Positions 1 through 15,638 of a stretch of 64,000 nucleotides of DNA are shown in pieces. The stretch lies in contig JAHLTZ010000031.1 of NCBI GenBank assembly GCA_025786725.1, positions 62,001-126,000 of the forward strand. Reading direction: 5' to 3'. This DNA comes from Syncephalis fuscata S228 (lineage: Eukaryota > Fungi > Zoopagomycota). The position numbers and the translations under genes are program-made. The notes beneath the pieces were generated by a model. It was not told the DNA's origin, ran no database searches, and was given only the letters and a program-made list of their open reading frames with translations. Every line of letters begins with the position of its first letter. Positions within the stretch are counted from its first letter, which is position 1.

Positions 1-3158
<3,158 letters not shown>

Positions 3159-4092
3159 GACTATCGCCGCCACACCAAACAAACTATCAAGTAGATATAC
3201 AGGTGCACGTAAGCGCTAAGTAGAAAAGAACAAAAGAACGAGACTATTTTGCAATACTAATAGGAAATAAGAGTATGTCACAGGCAGGCAGTTGACAAAA
3301 AGAGTAAATGTAGAAAGCTATTCTCGTTGTTGGCATGTTACTCTCTTTCTGTCTCTCTCTCTCTCTATCGTATGGATAGCGGTGTGTAAAACGGCTACAA
3401 TAATGGACATCACGTGGTCAGATGGCTGGTTGCCACGTCGACAGTTCGAGTAACTGCGCAACAGCAACTATCGCTAGATTCATAATATACAAATAGAAAC
3501 GCATTAACATCGATGTATAGAAGGTAGTCATGCAGTTGACAAAGTAGCAACAGCAACAATAGTAATAATAATAACAATAATAACAAATTTATTTAACATT
3601 AATTGAGTGAATAGAGAAATAACTAATGTAATATTGCTTAATTTACAAATATTTATTTAAATTGCTAATAATTAAAAACTAAACAAAGCTTACTCGAAAC
3701 TTTAATGCATAATTGTACAATCAACAATACAGACTTGTTATTATATTATTAAAGATGAACTAATTATTTGTATGTTGTTTAATGATATTTACTATTAATT
3801 TTATATTTAATTCATTATTGATACGACAGAAATATGTAATTTTAAAATTTATTAATAATAAATTACTTTAATTAAGTATTATTTGTATATGCTTATATTC
3901 TATTAGATTTAATAAAACAATACTCGGCCGCAATAGCAATGATTTGCTAATAAAATTGATATCCTTTTTAGGCAAGATATGGAAATTAGATTAGATTCTT
4001 TTGAATCTATATTGACTCAACATCAATATTTCATCTTTTGTTTTTTTGCCGCTTTATTAATCTCACACTTGTAGATTTCTTGTAACGTCGTC

Positions 4093-6540
4093 ATGCATTC
4101 TTTATTCGTTGCTCGCACTACGGTCTTGCGCCGTACCATCGGATCAGTACGTGCTGTCGCGTTGAATGGCGTGCCACATGCGCCTTTATCATCACCAACG
4201 CAAGCATTACGACCTACTGTGCTGATAACGGCGGTGAATCCATTTTCATTAGCGCAACAAGAACGGTCTTATGCTTCACGCGATGGTGCACGTAAACCAG
4301 CAGGCGGTCAATTTAAGAAAAAGAGAAAACCAGCCGCAACATTAGTTATTAGGCCAGAAACGACACCTCCCTGGCTTGCCATTCCAGACGATGCTGAAGG
4401 ACCTGTTGTAACAGTAAACGAATCAACTTCTACAATTAAAGTCGAAAATGATGAAAAAGAAGCCAATGTATCGATAATAGAACCATGTCCGCAGGAAACA
4501 ATTGATTTGTTACTAACGAGTCCACCTAATGTAGCCTGGTTCCATTACACAGATCTGCCACTTGCCACGCGTGAACAGCTATCTACGTATACGATCAACA
4601 AATTCTTAGCATGTCTAAAACGAGGACGTGGCACTGATACACTACAGCATATGCAACAAGTTATCAATGAAGCAGAAAAGAATGGTAATGTTGATACATC
4701 AACCTATAATACACTATTACATGCTATAGTACGCGATGGCAAGATGATTGAGGCACAACAGTTACTATCACATATGAATAGCTGTGCCATTAAACGCAAT
4801 ACAGTTACGTATAACATTCTTCTCTATGGATATACACGAGCCAATATGAACCGCGAAGCTAAGAATTGTTTTGAGCAATTACGTGCCCAAGAAGACGATG
4901 TCTACCCCGATAGCTATTCCTTTACAACAATGATAGCCGCACTGTGTCGTCGTGGTCTTATTGCCGAAGCAGAAGATCTAGTAATGGAAATGCAAACATC
5001 TGGCTTCCCAATGAATACTCATTTAGAAGAAATAATGTTACGTGGGTATGCATTGGCCAATCGAATTAAAACTGCATTAAGTGTACTTAAAGTGCTTGAA
5101 GCACGTGCTATCAAAGAGACAGCCGCAGCAAAGAACGGTGAATTACCTGAAGGCACTAAACCATATCAATTGTCACCGGGTCTTTATAATGCCATTATTG
5201 GCGCACAATGGCGTGCTAAACCAGATTCACATCGTGTTATGGAGATTTACAATCGCATGCGTTCTCATGGTGTACGACCCAATCCAATGACTTATGCCAT
5301 TACTGAATTGACACCCGATGCCGGATTCAGTATGATGCGTAGCCATAAATGGGAGCCAACAACACAAGAAATGAATATATTCCTTAATGACGCACTAAAA
5401 AAGAATGACTTTACTGGTGCATTTAATATTATACGCGAAGCAGCAAAAGCGCCGGCTATTTCACTGGATGCAACAAGTTATGCCATTCTTATTGATGCAC
5501 AAGTGAAGGCGGGTCAAATTGACGACGCATTTGATTTATTTAAAGATATGCGCGAAGATGGTATTGCGCCTGATACAGTCGTGTATACAACATTACTCGA
5601 TGCATGTGCACGAATTAATGATATTGACCGAGCAAATGCTTTATTTAATGGCATGTTAGATGCCGATGTTACCGTGCGACCCAATATCTACTCCTATAAT
5701 GTTATGCTAGGCATGCTAGCTCGTAAAGGTGATCTGAAACGGGCTCATGAACTAATGGATAGCATGCCAGAACATGGTGTCATTGCCGATGTTCGCAGCT
5801 ACAATACACTGTTAACACTTTATGCGACCAAGAAGGATACTAATGGCGCATGGCAATTATATGAAACGATGAATAAGCAAGGCATTATTCCTGATGTGCA
5901 AACATTCGGCACATTAATGGATCTAAGTGTTAATAAGACAGATTTAGCATTTGGTGAACGTGTATTTAATGCTGCACTTGTTTATCCAACTATTCGTGGC
6001 GAAAGAATACTGGCTCCAATGGCTGCACAGTTAATGCAGCTATCCATTGAAGCAAATCAAGCTGCACGTGCTCAAGCTATTTGGCAGCAATTAAGTGAAC
6101 AGCATATTCAGCCAAATCAGCACTGCATTGCCACTATTCTACAAGCATGTATGCAACAAGGTCATCTAGAAACAGCCCATACTATTTGGAATCAATTGGC
6201 CGAAGACGGTGTTGAAATACGTGATCGAGCACTTAATGCCTATGCCACTATACTACTCGTTGAAGAGCGATGGGATGAAATGCTTAAGGTGTTCAAGTCG
6301 ATGCAAAATACACCATCTGATGAAACACTTGTACCATTCCTGGATAAACTACGTGAAGCAGGCCGTATCGAAGAGGCCAATGAACTATTACGATCAGCAC
6401 GACAAACACCATCTAAGGATGATAGGACATTTGATGATTCAAATCATGAATCAAAAGCATATTCACGACACTCTAACTATTCAGATCGTTACGATAATGA
6501 TAACAACAATAGAAGAAATTATCGTCAAAACCATCGATAG
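4093..6540 (+). CDS. Pentatricopeptide-repeat protein, probably mitochondrial; single exon, 815 aa
   Basis: Tandem ~35-aa PPR motifs (TYNTLLHA, NTVTYNILLYGY, PDSYSFTTMIAALCRRG, PDTVVYTTLLDACAR, PNIYSYNVMLGMLARKG, PDVQTFGTLMD). The N-terminus is Arg-rich and acid-free, like a mitochondrial presequence. Confidence 0.92.
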   Translation: MHSLFVARTTVLRRTIGSVRAVALNGVPHAPLSSPTQALRPTVLITAVNPFSLAQQERSYASRDGARKPAGGQFKKKRKPAATLVIRPETTPPWLAIPDDAEGPVVTVNESTSTIKVENDEKEANVSIIEPCPQETIDLLLTSPPNVAWFHYTDLPLATREQLSTYTINKFLACLKRGRGTDTLQHMQQVINEAEKNGNVDTSTYNTLLHAIVRDGKMIEAQQLLSHMNSCAIKRNTVTYNILLYGYTRANMNREAKNCFEQLRAQEDDVYPDSYSFTTMIAALCRRGLIAEAEDLVMEMQTSGFPMNTHLEEIMLRGYALANRIKTALSVLKVLEARAIKETAAAKNGELPEGTKPYQLSPGLYNAIIGAQWRAKPDSHRVMEIYNRMRSHGVRPNPMTYAITELTPDAGFSMMRSHKWEPTTQEMNIFLNDALKKNDFTGAFNIIREAAKAPAISLDATSYAILIDAQVKAGQIDDAFDLFKDMREDGIAPDTVVYTTLLDACARINDIDRANALFNGMLDADVTVRPNIYSYNVMLGMLARKGDLKRAHELMDSMPEHGVIADVRSYNTLLTLYATKKDTNGAWQLYETMNKQGIIPDVQTFGTLMDLSVNKTDLAFGERVFNAALVYPTIRGERILAPMAAQLMQLSIEANQAARAQAIWQQLSEQHIQPNQHCIATILQACMQQGHLETAHTIWNQLAEDGVEIRDRALNAYATILLVEERWDEMLKVFKSMQNTPSDETLVPFLDKLREAGRIEEANELLRSARQTPSKDDRTFDDSNHESKAYSRHSNYSDRYDNDNNNRRNYRQNHR

Positions 6541-6546
6541 AATTTA

Positions 6547-8465
6547 TTAAAGTAATCCTTGTCTACGAAGATCGTCGTAAGTCTTTTTATTGAACACGTT
6601 GCCATGTTGATCCTCGTATTCTTCAACTGCGTCTTCTTGTTGTCTTTCAACTTTTCTTTCTTTCTTTAATCTTTCCCATACTATTAGTGTATATCATGGA
6701 ATGGGCAAATAAAGACATTATGAACAAATGAATAAATAATGAACAATGAGTCATCTTAATAATATATATAAATAACAATTGTTATACTTACATGCAAATG
6801 CATCTTCAATAAGCGTAATTTCTTGAAAGTGTTTTGTATTAGGAATACCCAAACAACGCATACCATGAGCATGACGCCATTCCTATACGTTATTATCATA
6901 ATGATAGTTAGTAATCCATTAATTAATGCATCATTTATGTTATTGTACCTGGAAATGTCGTTCAAATGCTTTACGGCCCATATAAACAAAATTACCACAA
7001 ATCTCACACGTGTATTCTACGCCCAATCCGTGTAATTTATAAAGCCAATAAGGAATGGGCTTGCCATCCCAGCCTAGAGGCAAATTAAGTGGATTATAGA
7101 CACGTTCTTCATCCTCGTCTTCATCATCGGATACTTGGCCACCATGGCCACCATGACCGGCCATATCACCATCGCCTTCTTGTAATTCCATCTATTGGCG
7201 TTAGTGTTAGTGCTGTATCATAATTAACGGTCTATCTAGTTACCAAACGTTCGTGTTCTGTGAGTGCTTGTTTACGTTCAACGTTGGCTCGTGTGGCTTC
7301 GCGTTGTGCTTCCAGTACTTCAGCGTATTTTCGTACAATGGCTTCTTCAAGGGCCAATTCTCGCTGTTTATCTTGTCCTGCTTCACGTACACGGCGGCGT
7401 GTCTCAGCAAGTTCCTTGCTATTGTCGCCATTCCTTGATTTGCTAAAGCTGCAGCGGCTTTTGCATGTTTGGGTGATTTAAGATGTGCATCAAATACCGT
7501 CTGTTTGGAGTATTGTTTTTTGCCTATTATTAATAATAGTAAATGTTATTAACCACCATTAATGATTTAATTAGCTTGTTTTCAAACTTACATGCTGGAC
7601 AAAATAGTGCATCTTGTTCAGTATCACCTGCTTTATTAACTACATGTTGCCAACCAGGGAATGTACCTGCGTCCCACTGCTCTGTAAACTCTTCTTCTGC
7701 TTCTTGTTTTAGTTCGTCTAGACTCATTAACGGACGTGTTCGATGAAAAAACCTTTCAAAGTAGCTACGTAGATTGTTAAGATAGCTATAGTATTATTAG
7801 ATAAATATGAGTTGTTTTAATTTATATAATATTAATCGCGTATAATAATTTACCTGCGGTATTGACCATTTTTTGAATTACGTGGAATCGCATCAAGTCG
7901 ATCCACTTGTTCTAAATATACGAGATAGCTTACTCGCTTAACATCTTTCAAGTTCAAATACTGTGTATGTAATTCATGTAGATCCAGAAAACGACCATTG
8001 CCTTCTTCACCTGAAAATAAGTGCTCCAATGCTAATAGTTACGATATATTAATTGCTTATTATTTATATATATTTATCATAATTTTAGACAGAATTATGC
8101 GCCTACCTTCCGCATCTTTGTCCCAGTCACGTTGGCGAAACTCAAGTTCAAGTAGTTCGACGGTTTGGTTGGGATTACGACGGTGATAATCTTTTACCGT
8201 GCGTAAACGTTGATAAAACTCACTAAGTTCATCAGTGCCAGACATTGCAGAATCTCGGCTGCCCGTCCGCCATCTGAATCAACATACCATTGTTGTAGGA
8301 TTCGTGATCGCTGCTGTATACGTTCCAAGTATTCCTGTACCCGATGTTCAAGTACAAGTCGTTCTTTAAGCGTTTTGGGCTCTTTTAAATACTCTTCAAC
8401 GATAGCCTGCTCCAATCGTTCCAGCTCTTCGTGCGTATGCCGTGCTGTTCAATAATCGAATCCAT
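6547..8465 (-). CDS. PRP9: Splicing factor 3A subunit 3 (SF3a60/Prp9); multi-exon, with three apparent single-base frameshifts in this sequence
   Basis: [157 protein letters not shown]. Frame breaks near 8442, 8251 and 7433. Confidence 0.93.
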
Positions 8466-8683
8466 GATGCCGACACACGTGCAATCAAAGAAGCGAAAAA
8501 TAAGCGAAGCCACTATAATAATAGCAAGTGGTGGCGGTAATTGAGTAAAAAAGACTAACTTTTAATAAAATACTAATCAAACCAATAGCAATGTTAATAA
8601 TAAGACTAATAATTTTTTGTTTCTATTTTTTTCTCCAGATTCCGCGGCACTTTCGTCTCTTTATACTTTCTTTATTTTTCATC
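8466..8683. promoter_or_regulatory. Putative bidirectional promoter between SF3A3 and eIF4A3
   Basis: Only 218 bp separate the divergent ATGs at 8465 and 8684. It contains a CACGTG near 8476 and an AT-rich core. Function is inferred from geometry only. Confidence 0.5.
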
Positions 8684-10145
8684 ATGTCGTTCGATCATCG
8701 TCAGGACTCGCGATTGAAGTTTGAAACGAGCGAGGACATCAAAATTGCCCCTACATTTGATGCGATCGGTCTTAAAGAAGATTTACTGCGCGGCATCTAT
8801 GCCTACAGTAAGTGAATGGTAGAATGGCTGGTATTAGGCGTAACAGTGCCACTTACTGCTTGCCACTTGCATATACTAGATTTTGAGAAGCCATCGGCTA
8901 TTCAGCAGCGTGCGATCGTGCCGATTGTTAAGGGACGCGATGTAATTGCTCAGGCGCAATCAGGTACCGGTAAAACGGCCACCTTTAGTATCTCGATGCT
9001 TCAATGCGTTGATACAACGCTACGCGAGACTCAAGCGCTTGTGCTATCGCCAACTCGTGAGCTAGCAACACAAATCCAGTCGGTAGTATTGGCACTTGGT
9101 GATTATATGAATGTACAGTGTCATGCGTGTATTGGCGGTACAAGTGTCGGCGAGGACATACGTAAATTGGATCACGGTCAACATATTGTATCGGGTACAC
9201 CAGGTCGTGTTTACGATATGATTCGTCGCCGTAATCTACGCACCCGTAATATTAAAATGCTCGTACTTGACGAGGCTGATGAATTGCTTAATCTTGGATT
9301 TAAAGACCAAATCTATGATGTTTATCGTCATTTACCACCAGCCACCCAAGTTGTTCTATTATCGGCCACTCTACCACAGGATGTACTTGAAATGACCACA
9401 AAATTTATGACAGATCCTATTCGTATTCTTGTTAAGCGTGATGAAATTACCCTCGAAGGCATTAAACAGTTCTTTGTTGCAGTGGAACGCGAAGAATGGA
9501 AATTCGATACTCTTTGCGATCTCTACGATACACTGACCATTACTCAGGCAGTTATCTTTTGTAATACACGTCGTAAGGTAGATTGGCTAACGGAGAAGAT
9601 GCGTGAAGCCAATTTTACCGTTAGTTCAATGCATGGCGATATGACGCAAAAGGATCGTGATTCGATTATGCAAGAGTTCCGACAAGGCAAAAGGTAATTT
9701 GGATACTATGTATTAATATTAATATAAACATTTAATTAATTATGTACTATTTGATAGTCGTGTATTAATTACCACCGATATCTGGGCTCGTGGTATTGAT
9801 GTACAACAAGTGTCACTTGTCATTAACTACGATTTACCACCTAATCGTGAATTGTACATTCATCGGTAAGAGACAAATAGTTATTGATGAAATAATATTT
9901 ACCATAAATTGATATTTAATTAGTATTGGTCGATCGGGTCGTTTTGGCCGTAAGGGTGTGGCTATTAACTTTGTTAAATCAGATGATATTAAAATTCTAC
10001 GGGATATTGAACAATACTACAGTACCCAAATTGATGAGATGCCAATGAACGGTAAGACAATTAAAGACAATTTAAACATTTGACTAACAACAATAATAAT
10101 AATAATGATAACAATAATGATATAATAGTCACGGATCTTATCTAA
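8684..10145 (+). CDS. FAL1: DEAD-box helicase eIF4A-III (exon junction complex core / Fal1); 5 exons
   Basis: [163 protein letters not shown]. These are eIF4A3-specific residues. Confidence 0.95.
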
Positions 10146-10369
10146 ATTGCCGGAAAATAAATAGCAATAAATGATACTAATCTTTAAACCATTAATATAA
10201 CATACACATATGATAATTATTTAAATGAAACACTGTAAATAATAACTATTTTGTCTTTCATTAACTCGTTTTGTTATTGCAGACACGTAAACAATACGTT
10301 TAATTCTTATACGACACATCGATAGCAATAGTCATAGCCGTGTTAGTGGTAATAGTAATAGTAATAATA

Positions 10370-13108
10370 TTAATCACTCAATTGGCGGAAACGATCCTCC
10401 ATTTCCTTGGCCAATTCGGCATAGGTGTTACGTAGTGCTTGTTCGCCATTAGTTGGATCTTCAAATTTCATCGACGATAACTTGTAAAGAATATCGCCCA
10501 TGTTATCACGAATCTGAGCCCAGGTAATCTGGTTTCCAGATGACTCAACCGTACGTACGGCATGCTCGTAGAAGCCAATCATGTTCTTTAGTAGCCACAC
10601 TGTCTTGTAGAATGGACAGCAACGATCGTAGCTTGAGTAGCCGTTTTGTTGTAAAAAGTCGTCCTTGATTAAACGTGCAACTTCAAGGGTAATCTTGTCG
10701 GTTTCTGCCAATCCACTCTATAAAATAGAACAGTATATGTATTAGCACTGTTCTATACAATAATTATTGATTTGGATATAGCCACTAGTACTTACCTTGC
10801 CAACCAATTGAACAATTTCCGATAAATCTTCTTCATTTTGAAGAATTTCTTTGCATTTAACACGTAAATGAACAAATTCTGGCTCTAATTGTTCATAGTA
10901 TGGCTCAAGTGTTTTTTCGTATTTTGAGAACGATAGCGACCAGTTGACCGATGGGAAATGCTTACGTTGGGCCAGCTTCTTGTCCAATCCCCAAAATACT
11001 TGGACAATACCTAGCGTAGACGATGTTACTGGATCAGAGAAGTCACCACCAGGAGGCGATACACTATTATTGCAAACAAATGGTTATGGTTATGGTTAAG
11101 ATATATCGATGCATTCTATAGGCTATGCCATTTTTCAATCTTTTGGTATAGCTGTTTAAATAAAAAGGATACGCTCCAACGACAGTAACACTGCCTTCGC
11201 GTCGAGGATTACCCAGACAGATGGTACGGCCAGCTCGTTCGTAGAAAGAGGCAAGGCGGGCACCTAGATAGGCTGGATAGCCACTATCGGCCGGCATTTC
11301 AGCCAAACGGCCAGAAATTTCACGCAAAGCTTCGGCCCAACGAGACGACGAATCGGCCATCATAGCAGCATTCTTGCCTTGATCACGGAAGTATTCCGAT
11401 AGCGTAATACCTAATTGATCATGGTTAATAGCTAAACAGCAAATTAAAACAATTGACATACCAGTATAGATGGATGCTTCACGAGCAGCTACAGGCATAT
11501 TGGATGTATTGGCCACGAGCGTAGTACGCTTCATAATTGACTCGGCCTTTCCATTGAATTCCGTGGTCAACTGATGTATTATAATAAATTTACAGTTATT
11601 AGTACACAATATGAATGCATTATCAATACATTAGTCACTTACTTGAGGGAAATCCATCAATACTTCAGCCATTTCATTGCCACGTTCACCACAACTATAA
11701 ATAACAAGATTAAACAATGATTAATAGGTAAAATATAACAACAACAGCACTATTAATAATAATTTAGCAATCAACTTACCCAACATAGACAATCACATCG
11801 GAGTTGGAGTACTTGGACAAAGACTGAGAAATTACTGTCTTGCCACAGCCAAAAGCACCAGGAATGGCCGTGGTACCTCCTTGCACACAAGGGAACAAGG
11901 CATCAAGTACTCGTTGGCCGGTAAGTAGTGGATGGTTGGCTGCTAGTTTCTCGGTTACCGGACGTGGCACACGTACTGGCCACATCTGCTTCATCGTAAA
12001 CTTGTGGGTCTGTCCTTCAAATTCAGTCTCGAGTACGACATCCTATTGTTTACTAGTGAATAAATGCTACCATTATACATGCTATACATACATCAATGGT
12101 GTACTGGCCTTTCTCGGCGATATGTGTGATGGTGCCAAGTGCCTTGGGTGGCAGCATAATGGCATGGTTGCTTACAAGCGAGTTTTCAAATACTCGACCG
12201 TAAATATCACCACCGGTAATGTGGTCGCCCACCTAAACAATAGACTAGTCAGTCGATAGTGTCCATTTGTAGCATTGATGACTTGCCTTAAAGTTAATTG
12301 GTTCAAAGTCCCAGCCAATTTGCGTATCAAGGGCCGCTGTGGCAATACCGCGTGGAATGTAAATACTTTCTGATGCTTCTTGAATGGCCTAGTATCATGT
12401 AGTTAGTTGCTGTAGTGTAGCTGTATACCGCTTAGATAGTTTACCTTAAGTGGTCGCTGAATACCATCAAAAATGTTGGTCATAATACCTAATGGTGCCA
12501 TCGTGGCCATCCATATGTTAGTATAGTTTATTAATAATAACCTGTACATCTGATCTACCTGGTCCCAGTTCCACTGACAATGGCTTGCCCGACTTGAGTA
12601 CTGGATCTCCTACCGTTAGACCAGCTAATCATTATTAAGTAGACAACAATGCATAAAAGCATAGATTAATGATATACATTAAAGGATACAAGTTTCTTCG
12701 TAGACTTGGATGGTGGCCTTGTCGCCATCAATACGAATAACTTCACCGACAAGTTCTTCGTGGCCCACTCGTACCTATAAGGTCGTCAATAGGTATATAA
12801 TTAAGCACAATGGGTCATCTTGCTTACCAGTTCGTGCATAGCAGTGCCATACATGTGCTCCGCGATCACGACTAGTCAAGTGGATAAGTATGATGGCCAT
12901 TATTACTGTAGCTATCGTGTAGCGCAGCATTACGTCACTTTCAACTTACCAGGTCCAGATACCGAGAATACACAGCCAAAATCGCTTTCACGGTCGTGAT
13001 CACGATTCAACGGCATAGCCGCATTCGCATTTTCCAAAGCGCCCGCCTATCAAGCGTGTTAGCCACCGACATAGACTATCTATCTACGTATACTCTTCCA
13101 CCTACCAT
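10370..13108 (-). CDS. VMA1: V-type H+-ATPase catalytic subunit A; about 13 introns, no intein
   Basis: First coding exon is the ATG alone (13106-13108), then AGALENA...[31 protein letters not shown], Walker [92 protein letters not shown]. Confidence 0.96.
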
Positions 13109-15638
13109 TGAGTGTCTGAGTAGGAAAGAAAGCTAAAAGATGAAAAGACCGCGCTTAAGGTAGTTTTTTAAAACAACAAGCTTTTTGGTAAAGCGCCACG
13201 ATGACTTGAAAAAAGCGTAAATTGGAACAAAAGTGGTTGAGTAAGTAACAAATGAAGGAAAGAAGGTGATGCTTCTAGTGGATGTATACGCCACACCCAT
13301 ATAAAACACACTCCACCTATTTACCAGTTATGATGGTGTTAATAATACTAATAATGATGGCTGTGGTGGGGTTTAATTGTTAATGGAAGGTGTTTATGAT
13401 AGGAACGATGACACTATTACAACTACTACAACTATGAACTATTGTTATCCATGATAGTAATAGCGACGATAATGATGACGACCATCGTTCACCTGACACA
13501 TCACTCATTCTGTCACCAGATCTTTTCTATTGACGTCATGTTCTAATCACGTGAACTGAATAGCAAAATGGATATGTGGATATGGACTATGTAGCAACAA
13601 CAAGATATAGAACAAACAAGGCTTTAAAGTATAACATAGGTTAAAAAAACAGCATATATATAGTTTATTATTTGCCGACAAAGCATTCTTTCATCGTCTT
13701 GTTGTGTTTGTTAAGTGCATGTTCTTCAAGACTAGTGTCATTTGGAGTATATCGATAAGTAATAGGTAAATTAGGATTATAGTTATAAAGTGGAAACTTA
13801 CGCAGCATCACGCACAGTACAGAGGAAAGTACTGCGGCAAACAGAGCAGATGATGTTTTTGGCTGCTTCGTTCTGTGTGTAGATGACAGTAGACATCAGT
13901 AAATTAGAAAAGATTAGATTGGATTGGATTGAGTTGTTGTTACAATTTGGTCCAATTGATAATAATAGTAATAAAAGTTGTATATTGTTAGCAGTGGTAT
14001 TGATGTATTTATACAGTTGTTGTTTAAATACTTACAACTTTCTTTTGACTAGTACTGCCATCTTTCTTTGCAACCTTTGCATTACGATCACGTCGCATCT
14101 GTGCTTTTGCTCCCTAGAAATAAAACATATTTATACAATAGATAGAAAGAAACACGGATTCAGTATATGAAATAGAATATTATATAAATAAACAAAATAG
14201 TACGATATACAACAAGCAAGAAGGATTGGCGTCTATAGTACGTTGATTCATTGCTTGTGGCGCTACTTGCTGCTCTACCGCTATCTAACTTGTGACGGAT
14301 ACTTACATTACCCATTTTGATCACGACTATGGCAGATTCTTTTGGGAAATAACAGGTAAATGTAACAGGGGGCCAACGCTAGGCAAGTAGAGCTGAGTAG
14401 ATTGGTAAGAAAAGGATGGAGAAAAAGTGTTTTTACATATGCAGCTCATTATTTTTATGGAAATGTACTCTACTCAATCCAGCTTTGCCTGAATCAAGTT
14501 TGTAGATTCAGTACGGTGGCCGCGTGAAAGCAGCGTGATATACACTGACATCATACCCATGATCATTCAACAAGCAATTATACTTACAGTCACTCGGCAA
14601 GTTACCATGCTTTTTCAAGGTGTAACATTAGTGGATTCGTGTCCAAGTAGGTCCCAAGACAGATATGCATGATGCTGTTGCCGTGTTGGCAGGGGGAAGG
14701 ACGCTGCACTGGCAATGGATTTCAACGACATTATTGGTGTTTTGCAAATGTTCGTGTACTCGAAGGATTTTTTCGGCACTACAAAGCGCTAATCAATGCA
14801 TTATATTATTAGTGTTATCGGCAAAAATGGAGGCAAACCTGAACGGCGTGCAACGTCTCTCGCATGACATGGAATAATGCAAGTGGACGGCCAATACCGG
14901 AAAAAACCAATCAGCTACCGCATTTTCTTCTTTGTAATGGAAAGGAAACAATAGCCCCACTCTGCCCATTTACATGCTCTGCTTAAGGCTGCATTCCCAG
15001 TACTCGTTATTCACGCCTTGGAATCATCACCATGATTATCCGCTAATACTGGAAAATAGCTGGCGTACAGTTCTGCATTAGGAGAAATTATTACCATTTC
15101 GATACTATTTAATATCGTCATTATTTTACTGCTATTATTGCCATTATGCTTGCTATACTATTAGTATTGACTATCATATCTATTTTATTTTGCTATTATT
15201 GCCTTTTGTTGTTATGATTATTACATCCGTAGTCAAAAGTATGGATCTTGGTTGAACTCCGACGACGCCCAGGTGTCATACGAATAAAATCGAATGCAGC
15301 ACAGTCAAGGTTACACAAGTATAGCTGACCACACGATTGAAAAGTGACTAGTTGGGCTGTCGATGTAAAATAGCTCTCGCATGATACTGGTTAAGGTTGC
15401 AAATGCTCACCCATATTAGTGCAGTCGATGTTCGTCGCCTCCCAGCACCGTTTGTTCATTCTATTATTTTATTTTACTCTAGCGTGTTTATGGCTTTTTG
15501 TTGTTGTTTGTCTGCTTGATAAACATATAATTAGACCAGCCAGTCGCGCCTATCTATTACGTTACCTATTAGTACGTGCTTTATTATTCTACATCCATAC
15601 ATATCAATACGTCAAGCATATTATATTTATAATTTACG

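Noticed and set aside
11640-11830. VMA1 intein
   Set aside because: YVG joins CGERGNE after removal of an 85-nt intron; there is no intein ORF.
14319-14590. ATACTTAC motifs resembling the U1 snRNA 5' end
   Set aside because: They are not followed by CTGG or by U1 stem-loop/Sm-site sequence.
13110-15630. Short ORFs and TGACGTCA/TCACGTGA palindromes in the VMA1 to 7-TM intergenic region
   Set aside because: The ORFs have no coding signature; the motifs are plausible bZIP/bHLH sites but too short to support on their own.
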